Positions 48,690 to 60,976 are shown, counted from the whole stretch's first letter. The stretch is DNA of 63,995 nt, filler included, from Lenisia limosa (GCA_001655205.1; 10 parts of 10 records of this genome joined end to end with filler, not necessarily neighbours in it); one strand, 5' to 3'. The notes: generated by a model from the sequence alone, not told the origin. Made by a program: numbers and translations.

Positions 48690-49275
48690 CTGAGGTATTA
48701 TTATTCTACACTTTTTTTGGCCAACTTTCTTGGGTTCTGACCAGATCTCCTTGATGACGTGGCAAATTGGACGGCGGCCGGGTTGGGGTGTCCATGGTAT
48801 GTTGCTTAAAAAGCTTGCACTCCTCAATAGTCGAAATCATCTACTCAGTGAAAACGAGCGAGCGTCTCGTCATCCTCTTCATTCTCCTCAACGGACACCT
48901 TACCAAAATTGTGACGGTGTGCAATTGTGTTCAACTCCGAAGGAGTCATGTCGGAGAGGAATGAGCTGATTGACGTCCAAGCCCGCTCAGTGTCTCGAGC
49001 GACACAAGTTTCGATCTCGGGAACTGTGAGGGAGATGGATGAGTTCGACAAGGTGAAAGTGGAAGCACGATTTATGTGCCGTCCATCCTTGAGAAGACCC
49101 TGTTGAATATATCATATAGCGGGGAGGGGGGCTATAATATGGTAAAAACAGTGCATCTAGTAAAAAATCTGCTGAAGAGCTTACACAATACTTAATCTCC
49201 CGAAGGACAATGTTCTTGCGGATCATCTGCCGGACCATCTCAAAAAAGACGGAACTCTCCTTCCGGGCTAAGGAA
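48690..49275 (-). CDS. Fragment of a hypothetical multi-exon gene
   Basis: KESSVFFEMVRQMIRKNIVLREIKYC|GTAAGC and GLLKDGRHINRASTF..SELNTIAHRHNFGK open segments. Confidence 0.35.
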
Positions 49276-49535
49276 ATGTTTCACACATATTTAATGTACA
49301 TGTACTCATTCAATCTATACCATATGATATGATATGATATGAAGAAATATATTATGTAGTATAATATATGCTACCGACANNNNNNNNNNTTTAGGGATAC
49401 TGAATTATTGTATTATTTAATTCACCCAAACAGTTGCGTTACAAATCTATGTACACAGCTCTCTGCGCGCCTATTTTCATGCCATATTTTATGTGAATAA
49501 TATTAATTCTCTCTCATATAGCTAGTATATACTTA

Positions 49536-49627
49536 GTGCTTCACTTCGGTTCGAAAAAGACTGTCTCGATAAATCCTCGAAAACTATCGATATTTTATCG
49601 ATTTTTGTTCGAACTGAAGTGAAACCC
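49536..49627. mobile_element. MITE family B copy
   Basis: GCTTCACTTCGGTTCGAA ... TTCGAACTGAAGTGAAAC inverted termini. Confidence 0.75.
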
Positions 49628-50402
49628 TACATATACTAAATAGGAAGGTTGAGTGTATGTGGGGTGGCTGGTATGGACATGCCTACACTCGACCCCCACA
49701 CACACTAATAATTAATATCATCATCATCATCACCACCGCCACCACCATCATCATTAGCATCACCACCACATCATCTTCAATGAAAAGCAATAAATAATAA
49801 TCACATCAACTAAAATCAAATCAGACCTACCATAACCAGACCATAAAACAAAATAAAACTAGAATTTAAACGTTCGCAATTCCTCCGAGAACAAAAAAGA
49901 ACCTGGCGGAGGGTAAATATAACTAAATTATGAAACACAAAAAAAAGTCCAAAAAACCTGTGGGAGGGAGGGGGAGTATAATTGGAAAATTTATGAAACA
50001 AAAAAGCCCAAAGAGTCAGACAATACATTAAATAAACTCTAGGGTACTTGGGGATACCAAAAACAAAAAAGCTGAATGGGGATTAATGGAGGGGGGGGGG
50101 GAAGCTCGCAAAAAATGAGTGTAAATAATTAAAGACATTAAAAAGAAAAATAAAATAATACCGAGGAGTCATGACATTTAGCAGCATACTTATGAAGCAA
50201 ATGGAATGAAACGAGTGCCTTGTTTGTGAGGGGATCTTCCCTGTTCGACTAAAATGTGAATGCATAGTTTTGTATTGTGTTGTGAATAAATACTATGATG
50301 ACTGAATAATTATTGTAATATTGTAAATAAACACAAATACATAATAATCTGAGAAAAATAAGTTCGTACTGTGATGTAAATGAGGGAAGAATATCGGACT
50401 TA

Positions 50403-50600
50403 CAGTGACAAAAGATAAAGCTCAACCATAAAAAGTCCTGACACGATTGACTAAAGATAAAGCTCAATATCCGTGATAAGTCTTGACCGATTTTCCTTGA
50501 GAAATCATATTGCAAATCAGTCAAGACATACCAACAGTTGCGATAAGTTCTAACACGGATATTGAGCTATATCTTCTGTCAATCGTGTCAGGACTAATCG
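50403..50600. mobile_element. Longer or rearranged member of MITE family A (related pieces 60072-60140, 62170-62226)
   Basis: TACAGTGAC start, GATAAGTCTTGACCGATTTTCC, and internal inverted block AGTCCTGACACGATTGAC / GTCAATCGTGTCAGGACT. Confidence 0.7.
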
Positions 50601-51041
50601 AGATCTGTGTAGATGCGAAAAAGCTTAATTTTTTCCTCACATCATCCTATACTCGTAACCGTAACGTTCACCCCTCCATCGAAATGACTCCCCTCCCCCA
50701 CTGAAATACTCCGGATAGCTCCCAGACTTCGGCCATATGATCGGAGGGCTAAAATCGTAAGATGATAGTATATTAGGTGGAAAGAATGTCAGGTAACCCC
50801 CGCCCCTTCCCGCACCCAAAAAATATACAAATTGTCGCAAATTGTCACCCCCCNNNNNNNNNNNNNNNNNNNNNNNNNNNNNNNNNNNNNNNNNNNNTTA
50901 ATTAATTAANNNNNNNNNNNNNNNNNNNNNNNNNNNNNNNNNNNNNNNNNNNNCAATCATTTGCCTTACAACTCTGTGCACACAGCTTTCTGCGTGCCTC
51001 CCCAGCATACATAATATCAAGGCGCCTATTAGAAAAAAGTT

Positions 51042-51192
51042 ACCTCATCACTATCCCCTCCCCACCGCTTGTCGACCATGGCAATAATGACCTCATCACT
51101 ATCCCCTCCCCACCGCTTGTCGACCATGGCAATGACCTCATCACTATCCCCTCCCCACCGCTTGTCGACCATGGCAATAATGACCTCATCAC
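51042..51192. repeat. Minisatellite, three units of 48/45/48 bp plus a partial unit
   Basis: ACCTCATCACTATCCCCTCCCCACCGCTTGTCGACCATGGCAATAATG repeated. Confidence 0.95.
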
Positions 51193-51284
51193 TCATTTCA
51201 GCGTAGATCTAAGTGGTAAGAATGGGTTAGAATTAAGAATAGAAAAAAATAAAAAGATTAACGAAACATCAAGCTTCCAACCTT

Positions 51285-52885
51285 AGCGACACGGTTGCAG
51301 TAGTAGTTCGCCATGCGGGTGTTCTTCTCCCAGTCGAAGTCGAAAGCGACATTGATGATGGGGAGGTTGGCATGGGCAATGCGGCTGGGCTGGGCTTGTT
51401 AACACATTCTTAATAATACGCAGTTTGCAGTGATCACCCCCTCCCCTTCTTACGATCTTGCCGGAGGGGCACTTTCCAAGAGCGGTGGTGAAGAGGAAGT
51501 CCTCAATGGCTCCTGCAGTGGCCTGGAGCGGTGAGGAGAACTGGTAAAACCGTTTCAATATTGCCTCAATGGGCATCTTAGAATCAAAGCAAGCCATAGC
51601 CTCACCTTGTCAGTGAAAGCCTCGGCGGTGCGCGCCTTCTCGTAGCCGTGGATGTGGAAGGAGACGATGGCCTGGTTGGACTCCTCGTACTCGAGTTCGG
51701 GGGCGGCGTCCATGGCGTCGGCTGAAACGACCTTGCCGAAGCGGAACTCGTCACGGAACTTGTCGGCAACCTAGACCGTGATTAACATTGACGTTTGAAG
51801 ATATGCTACCATGTAGAAAATGATAAGTGAAGCAAAATGGTCTCAGACTGACGCCGGCCGCTGTACCTCGTGGAACTTGCGAGCCATGCTGAAGCCCTCG
51901 TTGGTGATGTAGGCGACAAAAGCAACGTCATCGTCCTTGTTGACAAAAGCGTCAACTTCGTCAGCGGTAAGGGTGGTCACGGAGGGTCCAACCTAAGCTA
52001 TTAGAAATACAGTGGGTGAACGAAGGAAGGTTCAGTGTAATAAGGGTGATAAAAAAAACATCAAATAATACGACAAATAATAATTGAGAGGATGAGCAAG
52101 AATATTACCCAGTCTTGTCAAAGAGATCTCTTCCGACCTGTTTGCGCATGAAGTTGACGATTCCGTCCTTGTCGCGAGGGCCGTTGTAGTCCATGACATT
52201 GCCGTTGCGGAAGATCTTCATTGTGGGATATCTTGACAGAATTACAGGTTTCGGCTTATCACATTCGAATCGTTTCTATTAGCAGAAGACGCAATGAAAC
52301 AAGAAAGTATTACCCACTCACCCACGGACACCGAACTTAGAAGACACTGATCCGTGGGCCTAGTTCATGAGACAGAAATGATCAAATGACAGTAACCAGT
52401 AAGAGAGAAGGAGAGAATCAAATCTCCACAAAAACTCTCTGTTAGAACCCAAAAAAATAAACAGCAGGATATTCCAGCGCACGGTAGCATCGAGAGCTCC
52501 AAGGAGAATATTTTCTGATGTCAAAATTTCAGCGGCTTCGCCAAAAGGCTTGTCAAGAGACTTGCAGTGACCACACCAGGCTAAAAAGGCCAATTAGATG
52601 AAAAATCTTTTTGGGAGAATACAAAAGTTGAATGACATCTCTCTTACGGGCGTAGAAAACAACAAGTGAAAGCTCGTTGGCAACAAAGTCGTCAAAGTTA
52701 TCCTCTAAATAACAATAAATCATTCAGTGAAAACAGAAAAAATGAAACCATGCCAAAGCGCTTTAAGCATAGTTAATTCTTCAAAGCTTACCAGTAAGAG
52801 TGGTGATAGCATGGTTACTGAATTTGGCATCATCTGCTGAGACAAACGCCAGAACCAGGCAAAGTAGGAAGAAAAATCTATTCAT
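51285..52885 (-). CDS. PDI: Protein disulfide isomerase, ERp57/ERp72-like, 3'-partial
   Basis: Signal peptide MNRFFFLLCLVLAFVSA, FYAP|WCGHCK, KIFRNG..DYNGPRDKDGIVNFMRKQ, and FDFDWEKNTRMANYYCNRV b'-domain motif. Confidence 0.93.
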
Positions 52886-53167
52886 GATGGCAATTAGCTT
52901 TATATAAAACCAAAACTCTCCAGGGAAAAAAAAATAAAAAAATTTACTTATAAATTCGAAAATTTTCGAAATTGTTTTCGGTATACATTACTTTGAAAAT
53001 TCGAAAATTGGAAAGCAGGACTTTTACTGGCCAGGAGAGCAATCCTTTGCGTCAGTACAATAGCTAGACTTTAATATTTAGTAAAAATTCTTCTTGTGAA
53101 ATCAGTGAAGTGTGGGCGAAGAAGGCTAATAAGATCTGAGTACCATATTATTGATCCTGACGCAATA

Positions 53168-54357
53168 ATGAGTGAAGAAAAGAGCCCTCAATTGATTGAG
53201 GTGCAGCCCGAGGATTCACACAAAGAAAAGGTTGGTAGATTGAGAAGAACAGTGCTTAATGCTATTATTTAGGAAAACCAAGATGTTAATGAGAACGTTG
53301 ATGAGTCACTTGTTGCCTTGACAATCACAGTATGTTTGGAACTGTTGTGTAGAGTATTCGCCTGAATCTGTAGAGTTTATTGCAGGGTTAAAACAAAGTT
53401 TGGGGGGTGTTAAAAGTTGTTATAGAATGAAATTGGTATTTCCAGAACGGCCTAGTTGCCCCTTCGCTTTCTCTAAAGCTTCTTATATTAAATATCTTGG
53501 TCTGTGATTCACTTTCACTCCCCATTCTTTTTCGCAAATCATCCGGCAGTTAGGGATACATCTTTTCTATTGTGTCATATTATTGCTCTTGTTCAGATGA
53601 CTATGAGAGAAGCGTTGAGTTAAGGACTTTTAAAATAAGTTAATAAACCAAAAGACTCACCCCCATTGTGTATGATAATTCTGGGCTGTATTATTTGAGG
53701 TTCCTACTCGATTAACAATTGTTAACACACCTAGGAAGGCGATGCAGTTGACCAGGCTGCAAAAGACGCAGAGGCCGAGGCTGCGTTCCAAGAACAGGTC
53801 CAGAAAAACATTGTTTGCGGATTGGGCATTTCATAACACAATATTCGATTATACTAGTTTGGGGCCTTTATACTGGGCTAAGAGTACCAATATAATGTCC
53901 TTCGAATCCTCGCATACCTTATCAATGCTATATTGGTAATATGAGCAGCGCAGTTATGTTTTTTAAAAATTTAATAGCCACCTTTCTGACCATTCCGCAG
54001 GCAGAGCTCCGAGCCCTCCCAACACCCCGCACTGTGGTACTCGTAAACGGCAAATCTGGCGGCCAACAAGGTAAAGACGTCCTGAAGAAACTGCCCGATG
54101 TGCTGAAACCATGCCAGGTCTGAGATCTTGTAATTCATCTTCACCATTTTCATTAGTCCTGCTTCAAGCACTCTTTACACATTGAGGATCTTGCTTGTTC
54201 ATGAAAGGAACCACTTCTATACCCTCTCATCCCCCAGCTATACAACGTCATGGAGGGTGGCCCGCGAATGGGCGTTCTTGTGGCCTCCAGTGTTGATGAC
54301 GTGGCCATTGTGGTGGGCAGATTGCGTGTCTTCTTTTTATTGTTTGTCAAGGAATTG
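53168..54357 (+). CDS. Diacylglycerol kinase catalytic-domain protein, 3'-partial
   Basis: VVLVNGKSGGQQG..VLKPCQ | LYNVMEGGPRMG matches the DAGKc N-terminal motifs; the GGDG motif would fall past the scaffold end. Confidence 0.75.
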
Positions 54358-54457
54358 NNNNNNNNNNNNNNNNNNNNNNNNNNNNNNNNNNNNNNNNNNN
54401 NTTAATTAATTAANNNNNNNNNNNNNNNNNNNNNNNNNNNNNNNNNNNNNNNNNNNN

Positions 54458-56698
54458 ACCTGTGCAAAAGGATACGGTTGGCATCCGAGGCGGTCTTGAG
54501 TATCGCCGAACTCGCCGCCGGAAACCAGGCCCGTCGTTTCGGCAAAAAGCCAGGCCGCGTCCACGTGACCGCCTGGGAGAGAAAAATTGGAAATTTGAGT
54601 ACGTTTCGACCCCAAAAATTGCCTAACAAAAAACATGAAAACCATGTATTTTAGTGGATTTTCCATGTATTTTCTCATGAAGTCATTACGTCAGTAGAGT
54701 TGTGAGTAAGAANNNNNNNNNNNNNNNNNNNNNNNNNNNNNNNNNNNNNNNNNNNNNNNNNNNNNNNNNNNNNNNNNNNNNNNNNNNNNNNNNNNNNNNN
54801 NNNNNNNNNNNNNNNNNNNNNNNNNNNNNNNNNNNNNNNNNNNNNNNNNNNNNNGTGAATGAGGAGGGAGTTAAACGAAGGTAATTTCGATGAAGCATGA
54901 TGGCGTAAAGGTACTAATCACAAACCAAAGTTTTGAAAAATAAATAGGCAATAACAAACATGAGCAACAAATAGGGCTTCACTTCGTTCAAAAAAAAGCC
55001 TATTTCCGGTAAATCATCGAAAACTATCGATACTTTCCCGAACCGAAGTGAAGCCTGAGCAATATACCCCTCCCCCTCCATAATATGTATTATAACACAC
55101 CCGTACCGTGACAGCCATCCCAGGAGCCGACAACACATCCGAGACAACACGACATGATGTGCTTGGCGGACAGGTAAGGGGGCGTCGTGCCGGGCTTGGA
55201 GTGGATACAGAACCGGTCAGTCAACGTGCCGGCAAGGGAAACCGCCCAGCATCTGGAGAGGAAGTTTCGATAAATGCATGGGCTTCACATAGGTTAACAA
55301 TTATTAATGCGATATATTGTATACTATATAATATGATATACTATATTATATTTGATATATACACTATATGATATACTAGGCAGTTTGCACACCAGAATTT
55401 CAAATTCCAAATAATTTTGAAATAGTTTACAATTTTCTGAATTTTTCACTTCAATTTTCATCTGAAATCTGAAATCTTGGTTTCAATTTTTTAAAATATT
55501 GCGATTATTTGAAAATTGAAATTGAAGATCCGGTGTGCAAATTTTTATTTTATGATACTATATAGTAAATTATATGTAATATGTATAACAGTCCATTTTG
55601 GGACCTTTGGAAGCTCTCATTATGAGGTTTCCCTGCGGTCCCAAAAAAAGACTAAATTCCTTAATAAATATCAATATTGTCCCGGTCTGTTTCGGATTAC
55701 AGGGATGCCTTCATAATACCCCCCCCCCCTACNNNNNNNNNNNNNNNNNNNNNNNNNNNNNNNNNNNNNNNNNNNNNNNNNNNNNNNNNNNNNNNNNNNN
55801 NNNTTTGTTAATAGTGTAAGCATACTAAAAATGAGTGAAAGTTGTAAGTGTGTGATTGACGGGGATATTTTTTACTTATTTTTAATGAAAAATAAAAAGT
55901 AATAGCACCTACCCCGGATAGTGGTCGCGCGGGTTGTACTCTTCCGGGAGGTTTGCAGCAACTTCGTCAACAACACGGTAGTTCATCTTGAAGGTGAGAG
56001 CAGGGCGGAGTAAACATACTATATGGGGGGACACATCACCTCGGAGCATGGAGTATATATATGTATGTATATTTACTATGTTGTCCAGTGTATTAGATGT
56101 AAGGGTCATCACCACTCCCCACCATCGCCAGCATCATATCACCACCACCCATTTCCAAATGAGGGAAAAACTAAGATGTATCTGGCCGAAGTCGTCCACA
56201 TCATTACACAATTCAAAAGAAATTTTGGATCTGCATAACTTCCGTCAATTACGGGTCAATCATTTGCGTTACAGCCTTACAGCTCTGTACAACAAATGCC
56301 CAAATACAAGCTAGTTAATACTGCGACTTTCTCCCATCCTCCGACAGCTAGAATGTTGGAATGTTGGAATGTTGTTGGAGAAAAAACCCGCAAACCCTTC
56401 TCTCCTCAGGAATTGGCATGGTGCTAAACATCTTTTTTAACTAAACTGTAAGCGAGATGGAGAGGAGAGGCGGATAAGAGTGACAGCTCATCTGATTGCT
56501 TGCTCACCTCTTCGCGCGACTTGCCGTGGAACCTTTCGTTATGGGCCGCTTTCCATGACAGGTTCTAAATAATCAATACAGAATCGCCAAGAGTGATATG
56601 CAAACACTATTGTTGATATTTTCGGAAACGGTGTGGAGGTTAACCACATTTGCCGTTGCAAATGCGACAATCAAGCATAGAAGCAAGCACTTTAGCAT
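54458..56698 (-). CDS. CTSB: Cathepsin B-like cysteine protease (C1A), 3'-partial
   Basis: Signal MLKCLLLCLIVAFATA, propeptide SWKAAHNERF, LPEEYNPRDHYP, CWAVSLAGTLTDRFCIHS, LSAKHIMSCC, DGCHGG, TGLVSGG..GCQPYPF. Confidence 0.92.
54975..55055. mobile_element. MITE family B (81 bp)
   Basis: GGCTTCACTTCGTTC ... GAACCGAAGTGAAGCC; interior shares TCGAAAACTATCGATA with 49536-49627. Confidence 0.82.
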
Positions 56699-56827
56699 TC
56701 TAATCTTTAAAAATTGGTCTCTCGAAAAACGCTAAAATACTCTGATATAGCGCCGTAGTTATTTTTGTGAACAGTTTTCGAAATAATCGCTCTTTTGCAG
56801 CTCTTTTGTGCACTAAATTTCTTAATA

Positions 56828-57805
56828 ATGGAAGTGTTTGTTGTTAACAGAAAGGGAAAGGACCTTGGGTCCTTTGAAGTTGATGAAGAAATCTCTGTGG
56901 AGGACTTCAAGGCTGAGTTCCATAAGAAATGTGGGTTGTTTTTCTAGCTTACGTGGAAATGCTTACGTTTTTCAGTCAGCAAGTACTACCCAAGCCGCCA
57001 GTGGTTCACAGTTGAAACCGCGAAGGGAGCAGCTCTTAAGGACGGCAAGAAGCTTTCTGATTATGAAGTCTCCAACAGCAGTAAGATCCACCTTTTCCCT
57101 GAAGTCAACTCACCCCAACAGGTCTTCTCATCTTCAAAGATCTTGGTTGGATGGGGTGGAAGGGATAAGCTATGGAGGGAAAATGAATACAAGAGATAAT
57201 TTTGTTGTGTTTTAGTGAGATTAACAGAGAGACAAACGCGTTTTTTTTTTTGAATTCTCATACTATTTATACAAAATCCTCATAACCTGATTTACGAAAG
57301 CTTTTCTTTGTTTCATTCATTGTTTTCTATGTTTTCTTTCACAGAATTCCTTTCCTTTTCTTTTGTGTTTTGTCTTTAACCCCAGCAGGTCCTCAGATCT
57401 CATGGCGCACCGTCTTTGTTGTGGAGTATTCGGGGCCCCTCTTTATTCACATGATGCTCTATCTCCTCCAAGGCCTCTTCTACTACAGAACAGCTGAACA
57501 TTCTCTCATCCAAACGTGGGGGTAGTGTATGATATATTCTGATAATAAACTATGTCAACCAACAGAGTTGATTTTATGATTTTTTTTTTGTTTCATGAAT
57601 TTTCCATTTTTACACCCCCAGCATTGCATGTGTTCTATGCTCCCTCCATTATGCCAAGCGTATTTATGAGACCATTTTCGTCCATCGCTTCAGGTTGAAT
57701 GGGATTTACTGGAATGTTAATACCAGGGCTTTGTGATTCTAATCCTAGTTTCAATAGAGACGTTATCTTTTGATCCTAGTTTCAATAGAGACGTTATCTT
57801 TATGA
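56828..57805 (+). CDS. TECR: Very-long-chain trans-2,3-enoyl-CoA reductase (Tsc13), 3'-partial
   Basis: Ubiquitin-like N-terminus then FKDLGPQISWRTVFVVEYSGP and HYAKRIYETIFVHRFS. Confidence 0.95.
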
Positions 57806-57966
57806 NNNNNNNNNNNNNNNNNNNNNNNNNNNNNNNNNNNNNNNNNNNNTTAATTAATTAANNNNNNNNNNNNNNNNNNNNNNNNNNNNNNNNNNNNNNN
57901 NNNNNGCTTTTTTTCTGTTTCATCCATTGTCCATTTCACCCCCCCCCCCAGCTCAACGGCCACCAG

Positions 57967-59696
57967 CTGACAATGGACCGTTCGGCCGGCACGGAAGACA
58001 GACTCGCCTTCACCATCCGCCAGCCAACCGGTCCGGTCTTGGCTGTGTCCGCGTTCAACCATCCTGTCAACCTTATTGCTCACCAGGTGGGCATGCTGTG
58101 GTTATTGTCGGTTGTTCCATGCCAGTTCGCGAATTAATTACTGGAAAATATTTTCAATTTATTGCCTGCTTCACAAATATTGACAATTAATTGCCTCGAA
58201 AATATGCAATTATAGCGATTAATGGCGGTAATCAATTGCAAGGTGCCCTAGTCCTTTTGGATTCACTTTCATTTTGAGAATTTACATACGTATGCATCCC
58301 CACATTTGTTATATTGTTATAAAATGGCTTGTACATCCCATAATACTCTCCTCCAACTTGTTTTCGTGCCATTTTAGGTTAAATATTATGCTGAGCATTT
58401 AAGCTGTGTATATCATGACCTTCTGAGTATGACTCAATCATCCAATATCATATATTTACATACATTGTGCAAGGGAAGCCCTCTGTTAAATATTTTGATA
58501 CCAAGACCTCAGATTCCTCTATTATGTAGTACTCTATGATATGTAATGCTGGGGGGGCACATGAAAAGCTATCTGAACTGAGTTAAAAAGCGTGACTGTG
58601 TCGTGTTAGAATATCATATCATATGTACTACACTGCTAATCCTCAAGTTCTCATCAGGGTACTCACCGGTCAGGTTTGCACCGCATTTGCAGCCGGAAAT
58701 TCCGTTATTGTGAAGCCAGCATCTCAAACTCCCGTGTCTTGCTACAAAATGGCTGTAGGCCCCCGGTCGTATATCGTAATTTTAATCTATTTCTTTCTTT
58801 GTTTTTGAGCTTGCTATTGTCTTCATTGCTAAATCTCTTTTCTTCTTGTACTCTTGCTATCCCAATTTTTTCGAGAAAAAAAAACGATTATTAGATCCGA
58901 ATTGAAGACGTAGTATTATTTTTGAAGGAATTTTTCCGCGAAGCCGGCGCACCTGAGGGGTCCGTTAACGTCACGTATGCGGCCGGAGCCGAAACGGAGC
59001 ATCTTATCAAAGTCGGCTCAGTTTTAGCCTGAACATTTTTTTGTATCTTCAAGCCGGCTTAGTCTCACTACCCTGTAACCTTGCTCTCAGGACCCGCGTA
59101 TTCGGTTTATTTCCTTCATCGGAAGCGGACCAGTCGGATGGGGTCTCGGCAAAATTATCGCGCCAGGCGTCAGAATGGGTATGTAGTTCGATATGTTGGG
59201 CTTTATCGTTTGAAAGCCTGTGGTATATCGACATTTCGAGGTTTTATCGGGAAATTTGTCTTTTGGGACTGGAAAACATTTTGTTACTGATAAATAAACA
59301 TTTTCAGCCCTCATACCAAATGTCTTGGGTATGTCGCTTATCATCATGTATAAGGGGCTGAAAACGGCTATATCGTTTAACATCATTTATAATATATCAT
59401 ATTATATACTACCCCTGTTTCATCTACTTCCCTGTTTCTCATATTATTGTATGATTCGTATGATATTAAGTCAATTAAAACAGTGATATTTAAGTCAACA
59501 TTTGTACCGGTTTTTTTTTTTAGAATTTTCCAAAATATTCATCCATTATAATGAAGCTAATGGACGAAAAAACCTATGCATATACATATATACATTACCT
59601 CTGCAGCCCTGGAGCATGGTGGCACTGCCACTGCGATAGTTGACCGCGACGTTGACCTCAACACCGTGGTACCCAGTATTGTCAAGGGCGCCTTTT
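57967..59696 (+). CDS. Aldehyde dehydrogenase, internal fragment, five exons
   Basis: VLAVSAFNHPVNLIAHQ|VCTAFAAGNSVIVKPASQTP, EAGAPEG, SFIGSGPVGW, ALEHGG, IVKGAF; four GT-AG introns. Confidence 0.95.
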
Positions 59697-59865
59697 NNNN
59701 NNNNNNNNNNNNNNNNNNNNNNNNNNNNNNNNNNNNNNNNTTAATTAATTAANNNNNNNNNNNNNNNNNNNNNNNNNNNNNNNNNNNNNNNNNNNNATTT
59801 CTCATTGCCATATATTTTATAACTAATATACAGATTTTTAAAATGAATAATTATTAACCAACATT

Positions 59866-60976
59866 CAATCCTGACTATGACCTTCAATCTGGCCATTACC
59901 TTCAATGACAAGCTCAGGCCGACCGGATATGTGCTGGAAATTGACATGGTGTTCCTCAACTGCGAAGTGTCGTCATCCGTAAGGCGGAGGCGGAGATAGT
60001 TATATGAGCAAGAAAAACTTGCATTATGCCCCCTTTGATCAACAGAGCATATCGATATGTATATTATTATACAGTGACCGCGATAAGTCCTGACACGATT
60101 AACAAAAGATAAAGCTCAATATCCATGTCAGGATTTATCGTAGGTGTGTGGATATGAGTGTTAATATCGGAAAAATTGATATGGTGTGTAACAACACATT
60201 GATTTGAATACGTTTTTGTTTTTTTTTGATAATTTTTCATTCATACACCCCAGATCAATAACGACATAATGATCGACTCGAAAAGCCTGAGGGTCCACAT
60301 GGAAATGGACTACCCTCTCAAATTCAATAGCGTTTACAACTGGTGGGGGGCTCAAATTCAATAGCGTTTACAACTGGTGGGGGGCTCAAATTCAATAGAT
60401 GCAAGGAGTGGGGAATGTTGCTTTGTAGAGAAAGGGCACAAGTGAATAATCTGAACTTACCTTATTTAGGGAGTTCTTCATCAACTTTGACACTCCGACT
60501 ATTTACTACCTCTATCCACACGGCCAGTTCTTCGGGTATGTGGCCACATTTAAGGTTTTTGTTACCATTTGGAACAATATTTCAGCAGAAAGCAGGATGT
60601 TCCCTTGTTAGGTGTTAGCCAACAGAGTTGAATTTGGTCTTTTTGTTTCGTAAATTTTCCAATTCACCCCTCCCCCACAGGGATTTGGTTGCCGATTGGA
60701 TGGAAGGAGAATGGCCTGACCTCCAGCACTTTATGCCTTGTTGGGCGGGTGTAAAATAGACTCAATACCACCATTGATATTACACAGTAATGGGATGTGG
60801 TGTTGTCAGCCAACGGAGTTGTTGATTTGTTTTGTTGTTCTCAAACTTCGTGTGTTGTCAGCCAACGGAGTTGATTTGGGCTTTTTTGTTTCATAAATTT
60901 TCCCATTTAACGCCTTTCCTCTAGGTCTCTATGTGTACCATTTTGAGATGAAAGACGTCAATATCGCTCTTCACTG
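59866..60976 (+). CDS. Internal fragment of a beta-rich hypothetical protein (possibly ML/lipid-binding type)
   Basis: Five in-phase exons: ..YVLEIDMVFLNCEVSSS|INNDIMIDSK..FNSVYNW|EFFINFDTPTIYYLYPHGQFFG|DLVADWMEGEWPDLQHFMPCWA|GLYVYHFEMKD. Confidence 0.55.
60612..60912 (+). repeat. Repeat family D copies at the 3' ends of introns 60536-60680 and 60749-60924
   Basis: GTGTT(GTC)AGCCAAC.GAGTTGA.TTGG.CTTTTT.GTTTC.TAAATTTTCC twice, plus a partial copy near 60800-60830. Confidence 0.85.

Noticed and set aside
51042-51192. Repeat array as a CRISPR candidate
   Set aside because: Head-to-tail units without unique spacers, eukaryotic context, no cas genes.
57744-57805. Exact short tandem duplications at scaffold ends (also 61077-61135)
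   Set aside because: Two identical copies next to gaps are likely assembly end artefacts.
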